A DNA stretch of 64,000 bases from Fibrobacteria bacterium (GTDB taxonomy: Bacteria > Fibrobacterota > Chitinivibrionia > Chitinivibrionales > FEN-1185): positions 1 through 64,000 of the forward strand of contig JBBIGR010000021.1 of NCBI GenBank assembly GCA_037447435.1, in the 5' to 3' direction. A program made the position numbers and the translations under genes. Positions within the stretch are counted from its first letter, which is position 1. Every line of letters starts with the position of its first letter. Positions 27,528 through 36,920 of the stretch are shown here, piece after piece. Below the pieces are notes generated by a model that saw only the letters and a list, made by a program, of their open reading frames with translations, was not told where the DNA came from and did no database searches.

Positions 27528-29405
27528 TTATTTCAGGTTCACAAGTTGTGACGGGTTATCCCCGGCCTTGAAAGTCATGTCCTGCGACTTTTCCGAGGTT
27601 CCCTTGACAAAACGCATACTGTGGGAACCGGCAGTAACATTAAGTTTGGTTATATTGGTTTTTCCGATCAATTTTCCATCCATGTAAACATCCGCCACCG
27701 GAGGAATAGAGGCAATAAACACGGTCGCCGATTCTCCGGCAGATGCCCGCGGCGATTCTGCTGCCGGTGCAGCCTCCGGCTCGGGTGCCGGAGCAGGCGC
27801 TGCTTTCGGTCTTGGCGCTGGTGCTGCCGGTGCCGCTGCTTCGGGTTCGGCATCCGGAACAACCGGACGGGGAGCCGGACGAGACACCGCAGGAGCTTCC
27901 TCTTTTTCAAGGCGGAACGATTCCGAAACGCTTGTCCCGGTGAATTCAATTGTTTTCGCCGCGTCTTTGTACCCATTCTTCGAAACGGTGATAGTTACTT
28001 CTCCGTACACCGTGGGCTTTGCCCAAACGTATGGGGTTGTTCCTATAACTTTATCGTCGGCTTTAATCGTTGCTCCCGACGGCGAGGAGGTAATGGTGAT
28101 TTTGCCTGCAGGCACATTTGCTTCAGCAGGTTTTCGCGCTGTTTCAGGCGCTGCTTTTTCCTTTTTCGCATTCACCGCATGGCCTTTTTCTTTTTTGCCG
28201 GCAGGCGATTTATCAACCGTCTCTTCAACAATTTTAGAAGGCACGGGCTCAACAGCCTTGGCTGCCGGGACAGCCGGTGCCGTTTCCTGAACAACAGGCG
28301 CCGGTGGAGTGCTGACCTGAGGAACGGCCTGACGTTGCGGAATCGGCGCCGTGGCAACCGATTGCTTCTTGCCGCCCTTGATGAAATTGACAAATACAAA
28401 GTATCCGCCCGCACCCAATATCACCACAATAAGCAACGTGATCAGAGCAGGGACGAGTGAAGAACGCTTGGGCTCTACATCGCCGTTATCCCGGGCATAA
28501 TCTTCGTAGTCTCTTTTTTCTTCCCTCGGTTTTGCTTTTACTTTGGGTGTATCGACATGAAATTCTTCGTCTATTCCTGCACCGGGTTCCGGTGTGCGTG
28601 GAGCAACATATTCAGGCTCCTTGCGACGTTGCGGTTTGGGCTCGGTTACCGGTGCAAAATCCTGTTCAGGCCTTCTAAAAGGCTGCGGTTGCTGCCGCGG
28701 AGGAACTGCCGGCGGCGGCGTAAAAGGTTCAGGACGAGACATTTGCGGCGGAGGAGGCGGTTGCGGCGCAAATGAAGCCTGTTCCGTTTCAAAGGATTTA
28801 TATGCAGCCTCAAACTCTTCCTCTTTAAACGGTGCCTTGGCCCCGTACGCTTGTTGCGGCGGTGGCTGAGGAGGCCGATAGCCCTTGTTCATGTCCTGCT
28901 CGGGCGCTTGGACTCCGGGCATTGCGGTACTTATTTCCGAACGAAAATCTTCAAATTCCGATTTGGGTTTGGCCGGAGCTGCCGGAGGCGCCTGCTGATA
29001 ACTTTGCAAATCGGCAAGGTTATACCGAGTCGTTTGCAGGATGATATCCTCGGAGCTTTTAACGAGGTCGGTTTCCGATTCGTAAATTTTCAGGATATTT
29101 TGAATCCCGGTACGCTCAAGGATTTGCCGTACTTCGGGACTTGGTCCGAGCAGTGAAAGTCTGCCGCTGACGTCCAGAATACGCCTATTGAGCGCGAGAA
29201 TCACATTGATCGCATCCGAATAAATGTAATCAAGCGGGGTCAAATCGATCGCGAAATTCCGCTTCCCTTCGGCAATGAGGGCATTGATCATGTTTTTCAG
29301 AAGTGTCGAATCGAACACCTCTCCTTTTTCCATTGCCGGTTGAATGATCTCGAAGAGACCGCTGGTTCTAGTACGAAATTTGATAAGTACCCCCTTTGTA
29401 AACAA
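27528..29405 (-). CDS. STAS domain - Pro-rich linker - TM - two PEGA-like domains
   Basis: IDLTPLDYIYSDAINVI STAS-like motif, Pro/Glu-rich tract, one TM, ITSSPSGATI...IGTTP and IASIPPVADVYMDGKLIGKT repeats. Start uncertain. Confidence 0.75.
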   Translation of the reverse strand: MFTKGVLIKFRTRTSGLFEIIQPAMEKGEVFDSTLLKNMINALIAEGKRNFAIDLTPLDYIYSDAINVILALNRRILDVSGRLSLLGPSPEVRQILERTGIQNILKIYESETDLVKSSEDIILQTTRYNLADLQSYQQAPPAAPAKPKSEFEDFRSEISTAMPGVQAPEQDMNKGYRPPQPPPQQAYGAKAPFKEEEFEAAYKSFETEQASFAPQPPPPPQMSRPEPFTPPPAVPPRQQPQPFRRPEQDFAPVTEPKPQRRKEPEYVAPRTPEPGAGIDEEFHVDTPKVKAKPREEKRDYEDYARDNGDVEPKRSSLVPALITLLIVVILGAGGYFVFVNFIKGGKKQSVATAPIPQRQAVPQVSTPPAPVVQETAPAVPAAKAVEPVPSKIVEETVDKSPAGKKEKGHAVNAKKEKAAPETARKPAEANVPAGKITITSSPSGATIKADDKVIGTTPYVWAKPTVYGEVTITVSKNGYKDAAKTIEFTGTSVSESFRLEKEEAPAVSRPAPRPVVPDAEPEAAAPAAPAPRPKAAPAPAPEPEAAPAAESPRASAGESATVFIASIPPVADVYMDGKLIGKTNITKLNVTAGSHSMRFVKGTSEKSQDMTFKAGDNPSQLVNLK

Positions 29406-29420
29406 TGAGCGGTATTTATA

Positions 29421-29494
29421 TACGCCAGGAGGGAGTTGAACCCACGACCTTCGGCTTCGGAGGCCGACACTCTATCCAACTGAGCTACTGGCGC
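29421..29494 (-). tRNA. tRNA-Arg(CCG)
   Basis: GCGCCAGTAGCTCAGTTGGATAGAGTGTCGGCCTCCGAAGCCGAAGGTCGTGGGTTCAACTCCCTCCTGGCGTA; anticodon loop CT-CCG-AA. Confidence 0.95.
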
Positions 29495-29630
29495 ACAAGA
29501 GTACCATTAGTTTTTTGGGTTATATATCGAAACAATTTAATGAACTAAAATAATTAATACATACTATAGAAAATGTAAATAAATTCCTGCCGCTTATGCA
29601 AATCGAAAACCGATTTCCTTATTTCGGCAT

Positions 29631-30605
29631 TTATGCCACCGGATTGGTGGCAATTAACGACAAAATCGTGTCGGTGATCTTAAGCACGTTCAACGCTTCT
29701 TTTCCGCTAACGCCGGCAGGACCGTTTAGTCCCATTATCGCACTGGAAAAAGCGGTCAATTCGGTTTCCAAGGCATCGACATGCGTTACTTTTTCGCAAC
29801 CGAACGCGATGGGAATGCCACCGATTTTCATAGCCGAAGTATCGTTTGTTGCATTCCTGTCGAGCGCATACCGCTCCACCTCTTCCTTGTCAAGATCAAC
29901 CGAAAAATAGCAATCCCGTTCAAAAAGGCGGATTTTACGCATACGCTTTGCGCTGATCCGGCTTGCAGTCAAATTCGCTACGCACCCCGAGCGAAACGGA
30001 ATGCGCGCGTTGGCAATGTCTATGTCGTCCGAAACGACGGCAACCCCGGTTGCCGCTATCTTATCGTATAGCGGTTCGTCGTTACACAAACGCAGCAGAA
30101 GCTGCAAATCGTGGACCATAAGATCAAGTACCACCGGAACGTCTGTTCCACGCGGGGAAAATTGGGCCAAACGATGGATTTCGATGAATTTAGGATGCGG
30201 CTTGTGGGACAACAACTTGACAAAAGCCGCGTTGAACGCTTCCGAATGGCCAACCTGCACAATACAATTGGCTTGCACTGCCTTATCTAAAAGGAATTTC
30301 CCTTCCTCATAGGTCGGTGCCAGGGGTTTTTCAACGAATACATGCTTTTTGGCATCAAGGCATTTTGCCGCCATTTCCACATGTGTCGACGATGGCGTTG
30401 CCACGATGAGCCCGTCGCATTGCGTGATGAGTGCGTCAACGTCGTCATAAGCCTTCACACCCAATTTCTGGGAAACTTCGCTGCGACGGTCGGCCGACAG
30501 ATCGAAAAACCCGCATAATTGAACATTCTGATTTTTTACGCATTTCTGCAAATGGAAAGAACCCAGCACGCCGGCGCCAATTACCCCAATTTTACATTGC
30601 TTCAT
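29631..30605 (-). CDS. Gfo/Idh/MocA oxidoreductase (possibly GnnA-like)
   Basis: GVIGAGVLG, VEKP, VGH.E.FN, DVPVVLDLMVHD, ASRIS. Confidence 0.85.
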   Translation of the reverse strand: MKQCKIGVIGAGVLGSFHLQKCVKNQNVQLCGFFDLSADRRSEVSQKLGVKAYDDVDALITQCDGLIVATPSSTHVEMAAKCLDAKKHVFVEKPLAPTYEEGKFLLDKAVQANCIVQVGHSEAFNAAFVKLLSHKPHPKFIEIHRLAQFSPRGTDVPVVLDLMVHDLQLLLRLCNDEPLYDKIAATGVAVVSDDIDIANARIPFRSGCVANLTASRISAKRMRKIRLFERDCYFSVDLDKEEVERYALDRNATNDTSAMKIGGIPIAFGCEKVTHVDALETELTAFSSAIMGLNGPAGVSGKEALNVLKITDTILSLIATNPVA

Positions 30606-30671
30606 GAATCGCTCCTGTCGATTTCTTCGAAAGTATTACATTAAAAAACTGTTCTAGACGAGCAATCGCCG

Positions 30672-32831
30672 TTATGCGCGCGATGCGGAAACGATGCGTT
30701 CGCTCAAACGCGAATAACGATTTTTTGTCTCGTTATTCGAAACGGCAATGGAAAGCGCCCGCGGCGACCCGATGATGACCCCGAGGTTTTTTGCCCGTGT
30801 TATTGCCGTGTACAATAAATTTCTTTGTAACATAATATAATGCTGCGTCATGGCGACGATGACGACGGCCTTGAATTCGCACCCTTGACTTTTGTGAATA
30901 CTTATGCAATAGGCGTGAACTATTTCATCGATATCCTTTTGTTCGTAAACCACGTCTTGACCGTCGAAATCGATGATGAGGCCGCTTCCGTCCACAACGG
31001 ATTTCACATACCCGATGTCGCCGTTGAACACACCACGGTCGTAATCGTTTTGAATTTGCATGACTTTGTCGCCGGCGCTGAACACTGCATCGCCGCGCCG
31101 CACGCCGATTTCGGAAGGATTAAGGGCCTGCTTGAGTAAAAGATTGATGTTTTGAGTCCCGACAATACCTTTATGAACCGGCGACAAAACCTGAATGTCG
31201 GTTGCGGCATTCAGGTTGTACGCGGACGGCAGACGCTTCGAGACCAGGTCGACGATGGTTGCAGCGCAATGTGACGGATCTTCCTCATTTACAAAAAACA
31301 AATTGCTCTGCTTATCGTTTGTTATTACCGGCACGGCACCCGAAATGATGTCGTGTGCTGCGGTCACGATACGGCTTTTGGCTGCCTGGCGAAACACGGT
31401 GGAAAGGTTACGGTGCGGAATAACGGAACTGGCGATCATATCCGCCAACACGCTGCCCGGTCCGATCGACGGCAATTGGTTGCTGTCGCCGACAAAAAGA
31501 AGCGACGTTGACTTGCGAACGGCGCTCAAAAAGCTTTTCATTAGTTTAATGTCGATCATGGAAACTTCGTCGACGATGATCACCGATGCGTCGAGAGGGT
31601 TTTTCGAATCCCTGTTGAACTGCTGTCCCATCGCGCCGGGCCTAAATTCCAAGAGCCGATGCAACGTACTCGCTTTTATCCCCGCAATGCTGCCCATTCG
31701 TTGCGCAGCCCTTCCGGTGGGAGCGCACAGCACAACCGGGATCGAATGTTCCCGTAAAAACGAAACGATTACCTGCAACGTCGTTGTCTTCCCCGTTCCC
31801 GGGCCGCCGGTCAGCACGAAAATGCCCTGAGATAATGCGCCGTGCACCGCTTCTATTTGTAAAGCATCACCGCACCAGCCCGAACTTTGCGAATACGTTT
31901 CGATCCACCGGTCGACGTGCGCCTTATCGTATTTGACAATAACCCGGGCGCCTGCCGCGGCCCTGGCGGCAAGATCGGCCGCAACCCACGTTTCCGCATC
32001 GTGCAATTGCGGCAAATAGATGCGGTCCTCTTCCCGGACCAGGATTTTTTCCGCAACGATATTATCGAGTGTAAACAAAACCGATTCTTCGGGAACTTCA
32101 AGAATTCTCGATGCGTTATCAAGCAATTCGTTTTGGGGCAAATAGGTGTGCCCGCTGGCGGATGCTTCCGACAATACATGCGACAACCCGGCCCGAATCC
32201 GTTTATACGAATCATGGGAAAAACCGAGTTTTTGCGCTATCGCGTCTGCCTTTTTGAACCCGACCCCCCAAACATCATCAATCAAACAATACGGGTTTTG
32301 GGAAATTTTTTCCTGGGCATGCGCACCGTACGCTTTGTAAATTTTGGACGCCATGCCGATCGTTATGGCGCACTCCCGTAAGAACACCATGAGATCCAGA
32401 ATGTGTTTCCGCTTTGTCCAGGCCGCAACAATGCTGGCAAGCATTTTTCGGCCTATTCCCCGCACTTCAAGCAACCTCGCGGGTTCGGAATCTATTATGT
32501 CTAGTGTTTGCAGCCCGAACGTTTCAATGATGGCCTTGGCGCGGACGCCCCCGATGTTTGCAATGAGACCGGAGCCAAGCAAGGCGCTGATGCCTTCGAT
32601 GGTAAGCGGTTTGATTATTTCATACGATTCAACGGAAAATTGCGCTCCGTACTTTTGATGAAGCGCATAGTCACCGTTTGCGGAAATTGTTTCCCCGGGT
32701 TCCACGCTCGGCATAACGCCGACGCAGAGCATCACCTGTTTGGATTGCAGCAGACAAAGCCTCAGAACGGTAAATCCGCTTTCCTCGTTTCGAAAGGTAA
32801 TGTCTTTTATGATTCCCGAAATGGTTTGCAT
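30672..32831 (-). CDS. recD2: ATP-dependent RecD-like DNA helicase
   Basis: HhH region, GGPGTGKT, DEVSM, GD..QLPSIGPG, HKSQGCE, RNLLYTAITRA. Confidence 0.93.
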   Translation of the reverse strand: MQTISGIIKDITFRNEESGFTVLRLCLLQSKQVMLCVGVMPSVEPGETISANGDYALHQKYGAQFSVESYEIIKPLTIEGISALLGSGLIANIGGVRAKAIIETFGLQTLDIIDSEPARLLEVRGIGRKMLASIVAAWTKRKHILDLMVFLRECAITIGMASKIYKAYGAHAQEKISQNPYCLIDDVWGVGFKKADAIAQKLGFSHDSYKRIRAGLSHVLSEASASGHTYLPQNELLDNASRILEVPEESVLFTLDNIVAEKILVREEDRIYLPQLHDAETWVAADLAARAAAGARVIVKYDKAHVDRWIETYSQSSGWCGDALQIEAVHGALSQGIFVLTGGPGTGKTTTLQVIVSFLREHSIPVVLCAPTGRAAQRMGSIAGIKASTLHRLLEFRPGAMGQQFNRDSKNPLDASVIIVDEVSMIDIKLMKSFLSAVRKSTSLLFVGDSNQLPSIGPGSVLADMIASSVIPHRNLSTVFRQAAKSRIVTAAHDIISGAVPVITNDKQSNLFFVNEEDPSHCAATIVDLVSKRLPSAYNLNAATDIQVLSPVHKGIVGTQNINLLLKQALNPSEIGVRRGDAVFSAGDKVMQIQNDYDRGVFNGDIGYVKSVVDGSGLIIDFDGQDVVYEQKDIDEIVHAYCISIHKSQGCEFKAVVIVAMTQHYIMLQRNLLYTAITRAKNLGVIIGSPRALSIAVSNNETKNRYSRLSERIVSASRA

Positions 32832-32850
32832 ATCGCACCTAGGGTGAAAT

Positions 32851-32882
32851 AGAAAAGGGTGAGCAAAGCCTCACCCTTTTCT
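32851..32882 (-). terminator. Intrinsic terminator-like hairpin downstream of the small basic ORF
   Basis: AGAAAAGGGTGAG-CAAAGC-CTCACCCTTTTCT, a perfect 13-bp inverted repeat. Confidence 0.75.
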
Positions 32883-32929
32883 TTACATGAAGACCGCGCC
32901 GAATTGGCAACAGCCATATGCAGAGCGTT

Positions 32930-33031
32930 TTACGCCTGCCATGTTCTTTTCTTATGCCGACTCAACCTTCTTTTTTTCTTTCTCTTATGCTTATTGATCT
33001 TGGCCTTACGATGCTTCTTAACACTTGACAT
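32930..33031 (-). CDS. 33-aa basic protein, bS22 / AURKAIP1-COX24-like ribosomal protein
   Basis: Below the ORF-track cutoff: MSSVKKHRKAKINKHKRKKKRRLSRHKKRTWQA*, with GAAAGGA RBS and its own terminator-like hairpin. Confidence 0.8.
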   Translation of the reverse strand: MSSVKKHRKAKINKHKRKKKRRLSRHKKRTWQA

Positions 33032-33190
33032 AGCAACAACATCCTTTCGTGTGACTTATATATTTCAAAACTCAGGTATTACCTCATAATATAAAAAAAA
33101 TGGATTGTGCCAGAAATTGGGTCAAGGACATTGGGCACTTTGCATATCATATGCATTGCATATCCGGTGCCAAAGGATTATAATTTGACC

Positions 33191-34384
33191 ATGAAATTCG
33201 ATGTGATCATAACGAAAATCGGTTCGGCAAAGGCAAAAAACATTATTGCCCGGCATATCGCGCATGACCCGTCTATTTCATTGCAAAAGGCATTGTCCAT
33301 GATCGAGTCGTTGCCCATAATTTACCTCAGCGGCGTTTCCCAAGACGAAGCTTTGCAGCAAATCCGGCAACTCGAAAAGATACAGGTTTCCGCAAAATTG
33401 GTAGAATTGCAAAGTTCGCCGTTACATCAGGTTAAAGCAACTCCGTTCGTTCCGGCGCACGATGCCATTCCTCAAGAAATTCCTCCGACTCAACCCGCCG
33501 GGGTTATACAAAAATCAATTCCACCGGCCGCAATACCTTCGATTTCAACATCGCCCGCTGTTGCAAACGGCATGAAAAAGAAATTCATCATTCTGTCGAT
33601 ACTCTGTGCCGCCATTGCAGGTACCGCGGTCGTATTCTTTACACCGAGAGAAAAATTCGACTGGGTACGTGTTTTTTTCCTTGAAGATTCTAAAAACGGT
33701 TTTGCTCAAGGTCCAGGAGCATCATCACAACACGAAGTAAAAACAAAGGCAGGCGCGCAATCATTACATTCGACAAATGACGTTATACACAATGCATCAG
33801 GGTTATCGGCACCCGATACGGCGCTGCCCGACACCGACAATATCCTTACCGCTCATTTCAACGACAGCATGATTAAAGATACCCAAAAAATCCGCTTGTC
33901 GGAGTCGTTCGCAGATTCGGCGCAAAAGGCCATTGACCTTATAAAAGCAATGTCTTTTTATAAATTTGCAGTTGCATTCAACAAACAAAACAAAAACGCA
34001 TGGTTAGGACTTCGCAATATCTATACAATCGCACATTTTTCCGATGAAGCGAAGAAAACGGAAAACCAAATGAAAAGGATGTTCGGTGACGATGTGTTTT
34101 CCCTGCAAAAGATTGTCGAGCCCTATGGGACCATGCAGAGTGCATTACAAACCGAAGCCGGGGTTTTCAGACTTGAATATCAATCGAAAACCGTAGATGA
34201 CAATGTCGTAAATGAGGCATTTGCGCTTGCGCAAACGCTTCGACTCCAATGCAATTGCAAGGCGATTTCGCTATACATCCATACAGCATCGGAAAACGGC
34301 ACGCTCGTTTACATTCCAAGCGGCGACGTTCCCGCATCATTAGACGATTTTAAAAAAGCCGCAAAAATCACCCGCGTTCATTGA
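33191..34384 (+). CDS. Hypothetical single-TM protein with a TPR-like segment
   Basis: Long ORF, TM FIILSILCAAIAGTAVVFF, helical YKFAVAFNKQNKNAWLGL. Confidence 0.6.
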   Translation: MKFDVIITKIGSAKAKNIIARHIAHDPSISLQKALSMIESLPIIYLSGVSQDEALQQIRQLEKIQVSAKLVELQSSPLHQVKATPFVPAHDAIPQEIPPTQPAGVIQKSIPPAAIPSISTSPAVANGMKKKFIILSILCAAIAGTAVVFFTPREKFDWVRVFFLEDSKNGFAQGPGASSQHEVKTKAGAQSLHSTNDVIHNASGLSAPDTALPDTDNILTAHFNDSMIKDTQKIRLSESFADSAQKAIDLIKAMSFYKFAVAFNKQNKNAWLGLRNIYTIAHFSDEAKKTENQMKRMFGDDVFSLQKIVEPYGTMQSALQTEAGVFRLEYQSKTVDDNVVNEAFALAQTLRLQCNCKAISLYIHTASENGTLVYIPSGDVPASLDDFKKAAKITRVH

Positions 34385-34395
34385 AAGATGAATTT

Positions 34396-35220
34396 CTACT
34401 GGGTGAAAAATTCCAAAAGTTCCTCTGCAATAGTAGCCGCAACATCGCCGAACCCCTCGTCTTTGCAGTAAATCTGCAGTACTTCCAGCGCCGTAAGTAA
34501 ATCGTTTTTGGTCAAAGCGCTGCCTTCGGATTCGAGTTTTTCAATAAGGTCTTCGCAATTATCAAAGAAAAACACGATTCGCTGTTGCTGGGTTTCGACC
34601 GCATCAATTTCATTGAGCAATTTCCCCGCGTAGCGGATCAATACGTCTTTTTCCGTCTTCGACAGATCGATACCTTCGATCACCGCATCGTCTATATCGC
34701 CATGGACAATGTCCTGAAAGGAGAAAGCATTGAGGCGATCGACCACATCGGAATATTTGATTGAATACACGTTATCGATACGGTCGAAATGAGTGTCAAT
34801 AAGCTTTGACGCCGCTTCCAGGGAATCTTTATGAATAAATAATCGCATGTATTTCTTTGTGTCTGCGGGTTTATGCGGACCGAGGTCGGATGCTGCATCG
34901 AGATAATGGGGTATTTTTCCGTCGGCAAGCATAGCTGTCAGTAAATGGCTGTGCGTCGTAATAAAAAAGCCGTCGAGGCAAGAAAAATCTTCCTTACGCA
35001 AATGTTTGACCGAAACGGCATTTGAATCCGTATGCTCACCCGCTTGCGTTTGCTCGACAAATTCCTTGATTTGTTCCTTTGAAATGCCCCTTACGGAGAT
35101 TTCTTTTTCAAATATCGCAATTGCTTCCGGAGTATATTGATCCCGCAAATACACAAATTGCTCAAGCAAAAAGTCATTGGAATATTTTGAAACAGCACTC
35201 GATAATTCTTCGTACGACAC
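34396..35220 (-). CDS. Hypothetical acidic protein
   Basis: 274-aa ORF with GGAG RBS before GTG. Confidence 0.6.
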   Translation of the reverse strand: MSYEELSSAVSKYSNDFLLEQFVYLRDQYTPEAIAIFEKEISVRGISKEQIKEFVEQTQAGEHTDSNAVSVKHLRKEDFSCLDGFFITTHSHLLTAMLADGKIPHYLDAASDLGPHKPADTKKYMRLFIHKDSLEAASKLIDTHFDRIDNVYSIKYSDVVDRLNAFSFQDIVHGDIDDAVIEGIDLSKTEKDVLIRYAGKLLNEIDAVETQQQRIVFFFDNCEDLIEKLESEGSALTKNDLLTALEVLQIYCKDEGFGDVAATIAEELLEFFTQ

Positions 35221-35437
35221 GTCGACACTCCTTTAAAACGGGTATTGAATCCTGGCCTTACGCCCAAAATACAATAATCCGTATTTCTACCCTATCAGTT
35301 TTTATTCAAATTAATGAGCGATTATCGGCAGCTGCCGTGTCGATAAGGTATAGGCGTTTTGAATCGCATCGGAATATACCATTTCTTTGACCACTATGTA
35401 TATTTACTTAAGATATCCCAATCCGTTAGGAGGCTCT

Positions 35438-36895
35438 ATGCTTTCACCGTTTCGCAAAATCGTCTGTCTATGCGCATTTGTTGTTTGCTCTATGCAAATT
35501 CCCGCGGTTGCACAATCTGAAACCGATGCGGGGCGCGCCGATAAAGTCGTTTGCCTGTTGCCGATTCATTTCACCAATATCACGGCAGGAGATGCTTCCA
35601 TGATATCCGACGCGCTGAGACTTAAAATAGGCGCTGAACCAGGAATTTCGGTCGTGGACAAAGAAAAATCATCTGCAGCGCTGCTCACCGTACCGCACGG
35701 ACCAGACAGCAGTTGCGCATTGTCCCTCGACTGCATGCTGTCGGCAGGAGAAAAGTCACAGTCGCAATATGCGATTTCGGGCACTATTGGGAAAATCGGA
35801 ACATTATATACCGTTTCGATAATAATGGCAAATGTCAAATTGCAAAAACGCATTTTTGTCCGTGAATACGAATACACGGGAACCATAGAGGAATTCTACA
35901 GCGACGTACCCAAACGCATTGCAGCGGATATATTCCAACAATTATCCGGCGCGAAAACTCCCCGGGTGATTACCGAAGAAGCCCCCCTTTCAACTGCCAG
36001 AAACGGCATAGAGCGCAATCCCCCGGAAGATATTGTTTCCGATTCGATCAATGGAATCATTCGCGCTCCGGCACTCGGACTGTCGGGTCGCGTGGCTGTC
36101 GGGTCGATTTCCCGCACGCAAAGCAAATGGGGCCTGGCCGCATATTACGTCCATCCCACGGCTCTTAATTCGCAACTCAGAGTAAAATTCGGCATTCCTT
36201 TAAGCGGGAGCGATACGACGTTTTCCGACTACACAAGAGTGGTCGGCGATTATTATGCAAGCCTCGAACATGAATGGGGATTCCCTCGGTTCGGCGTCGG
36301 ACTTGGGCTTGCCACGACAAGAATGCAGCATGTCGTGAAAAACGCGCAGCTTTCCGGTACTTATTATGATGCAAACAATATGATCGTATACGACCCGATT
36401 ATTCCCTATGATTTCAAGGAAACGTATCTGTTTAACTGGGTTCTCACGCTTCGCGGCGGCAGACCATCGGCGGGATTCAAAGGCAGGATTTCCTGGCCCA
36501 TACCCTTGAATCAAAGCGGGAAACTTCCCGACAATTACTTCTTCGAGTACAGCGCCCTCGGCGTCTTCGGCAACGCCTCTGTCAAAGGCGGCATCGGGCT
36601 TCAGGGAATGATCAAATCACGGACCTCAAGCGATTCAAAAGTTTACAATTATTATGCCTACTCTTACTCTACAACATCAAGCAACTTAACGGTTGAGGAT
36701 TCATATATAATGGCCCCCTGCGGAAAGCTGGCGTTTGTTGCGGGAAAACACAGCGTCGTATGCGTCAGTCTGGACCTGGGCGGAATCTTTATACCACGGC
36801 CCGACAACAGTTCCTGGGCACCCAACATCCAACTCGACTATGTTTTTTCCCTCAAGCCCTTCACTTCACCGGATGTTCTCGACGGAACATTCTGA
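35438..36895 (+). CDS. Secreted/outer-membrane protein with a TolB_N/CsgG-like N-domain and beta-rich C-terminus
   Basis: AGGAGG RBS, signal peptide, C..LDC...AG...SGTIGKIG pattern, amphipathic strands, terminal Phe. Confidence 0.6.
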   Translation: MLSPFRKIVCLCAFVVCSMQIPAVAQSETDAGRADKVVCLLPIHFTNITAGDASMISDALRLKIGAEPGISVVDKEKSSAALLTVPHGPDSSCALSLDCMLSAGEKSQSQYAISGTIGKIGTLYTVSIIMANVKLQKRIFVREYEYTGTIEEFYSDVPKRIAADIFQQLSGAKTPRVITEEAPLSTARNGIERNPPEDIVSDSINGIIRAPALGLSGRVAVGSISRTQSKWGLAAYYVHPTALNSQLRVKFGIPLSGSDTTFSDYTRVVGDYYASLEHEWGFPRFGVGLGLATTRMQHVVKNAQLSGTYYDANNMIVYDPIIPYDFKETYLFNWVLTLRGGRPSAGFKGRISWPIPLNQSGKLPDNYFFEYSALGVFGNASVKGGIGLQGMIKSRTSSDSKVYNYYAYSYSTTSSNLTVEDSYIMAPCGKLAFVAGKHSVVCVSLDLGGIFIPRPDNSSWAPNIQLDYVFSLKPFTSPDVLDGTF

Positions 36896-36920
36896 CAAAC
36901 TGCGATAAAAGTTTTTCGGA

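Noticed and set aside
27740..28990. Low-complexity GC-rich repeats suggesting a tandem array
   Set aside because: Explained by Pro/Ala-rich linker codons of the STAS-PEGA protein; no fixed-length repeat unit.
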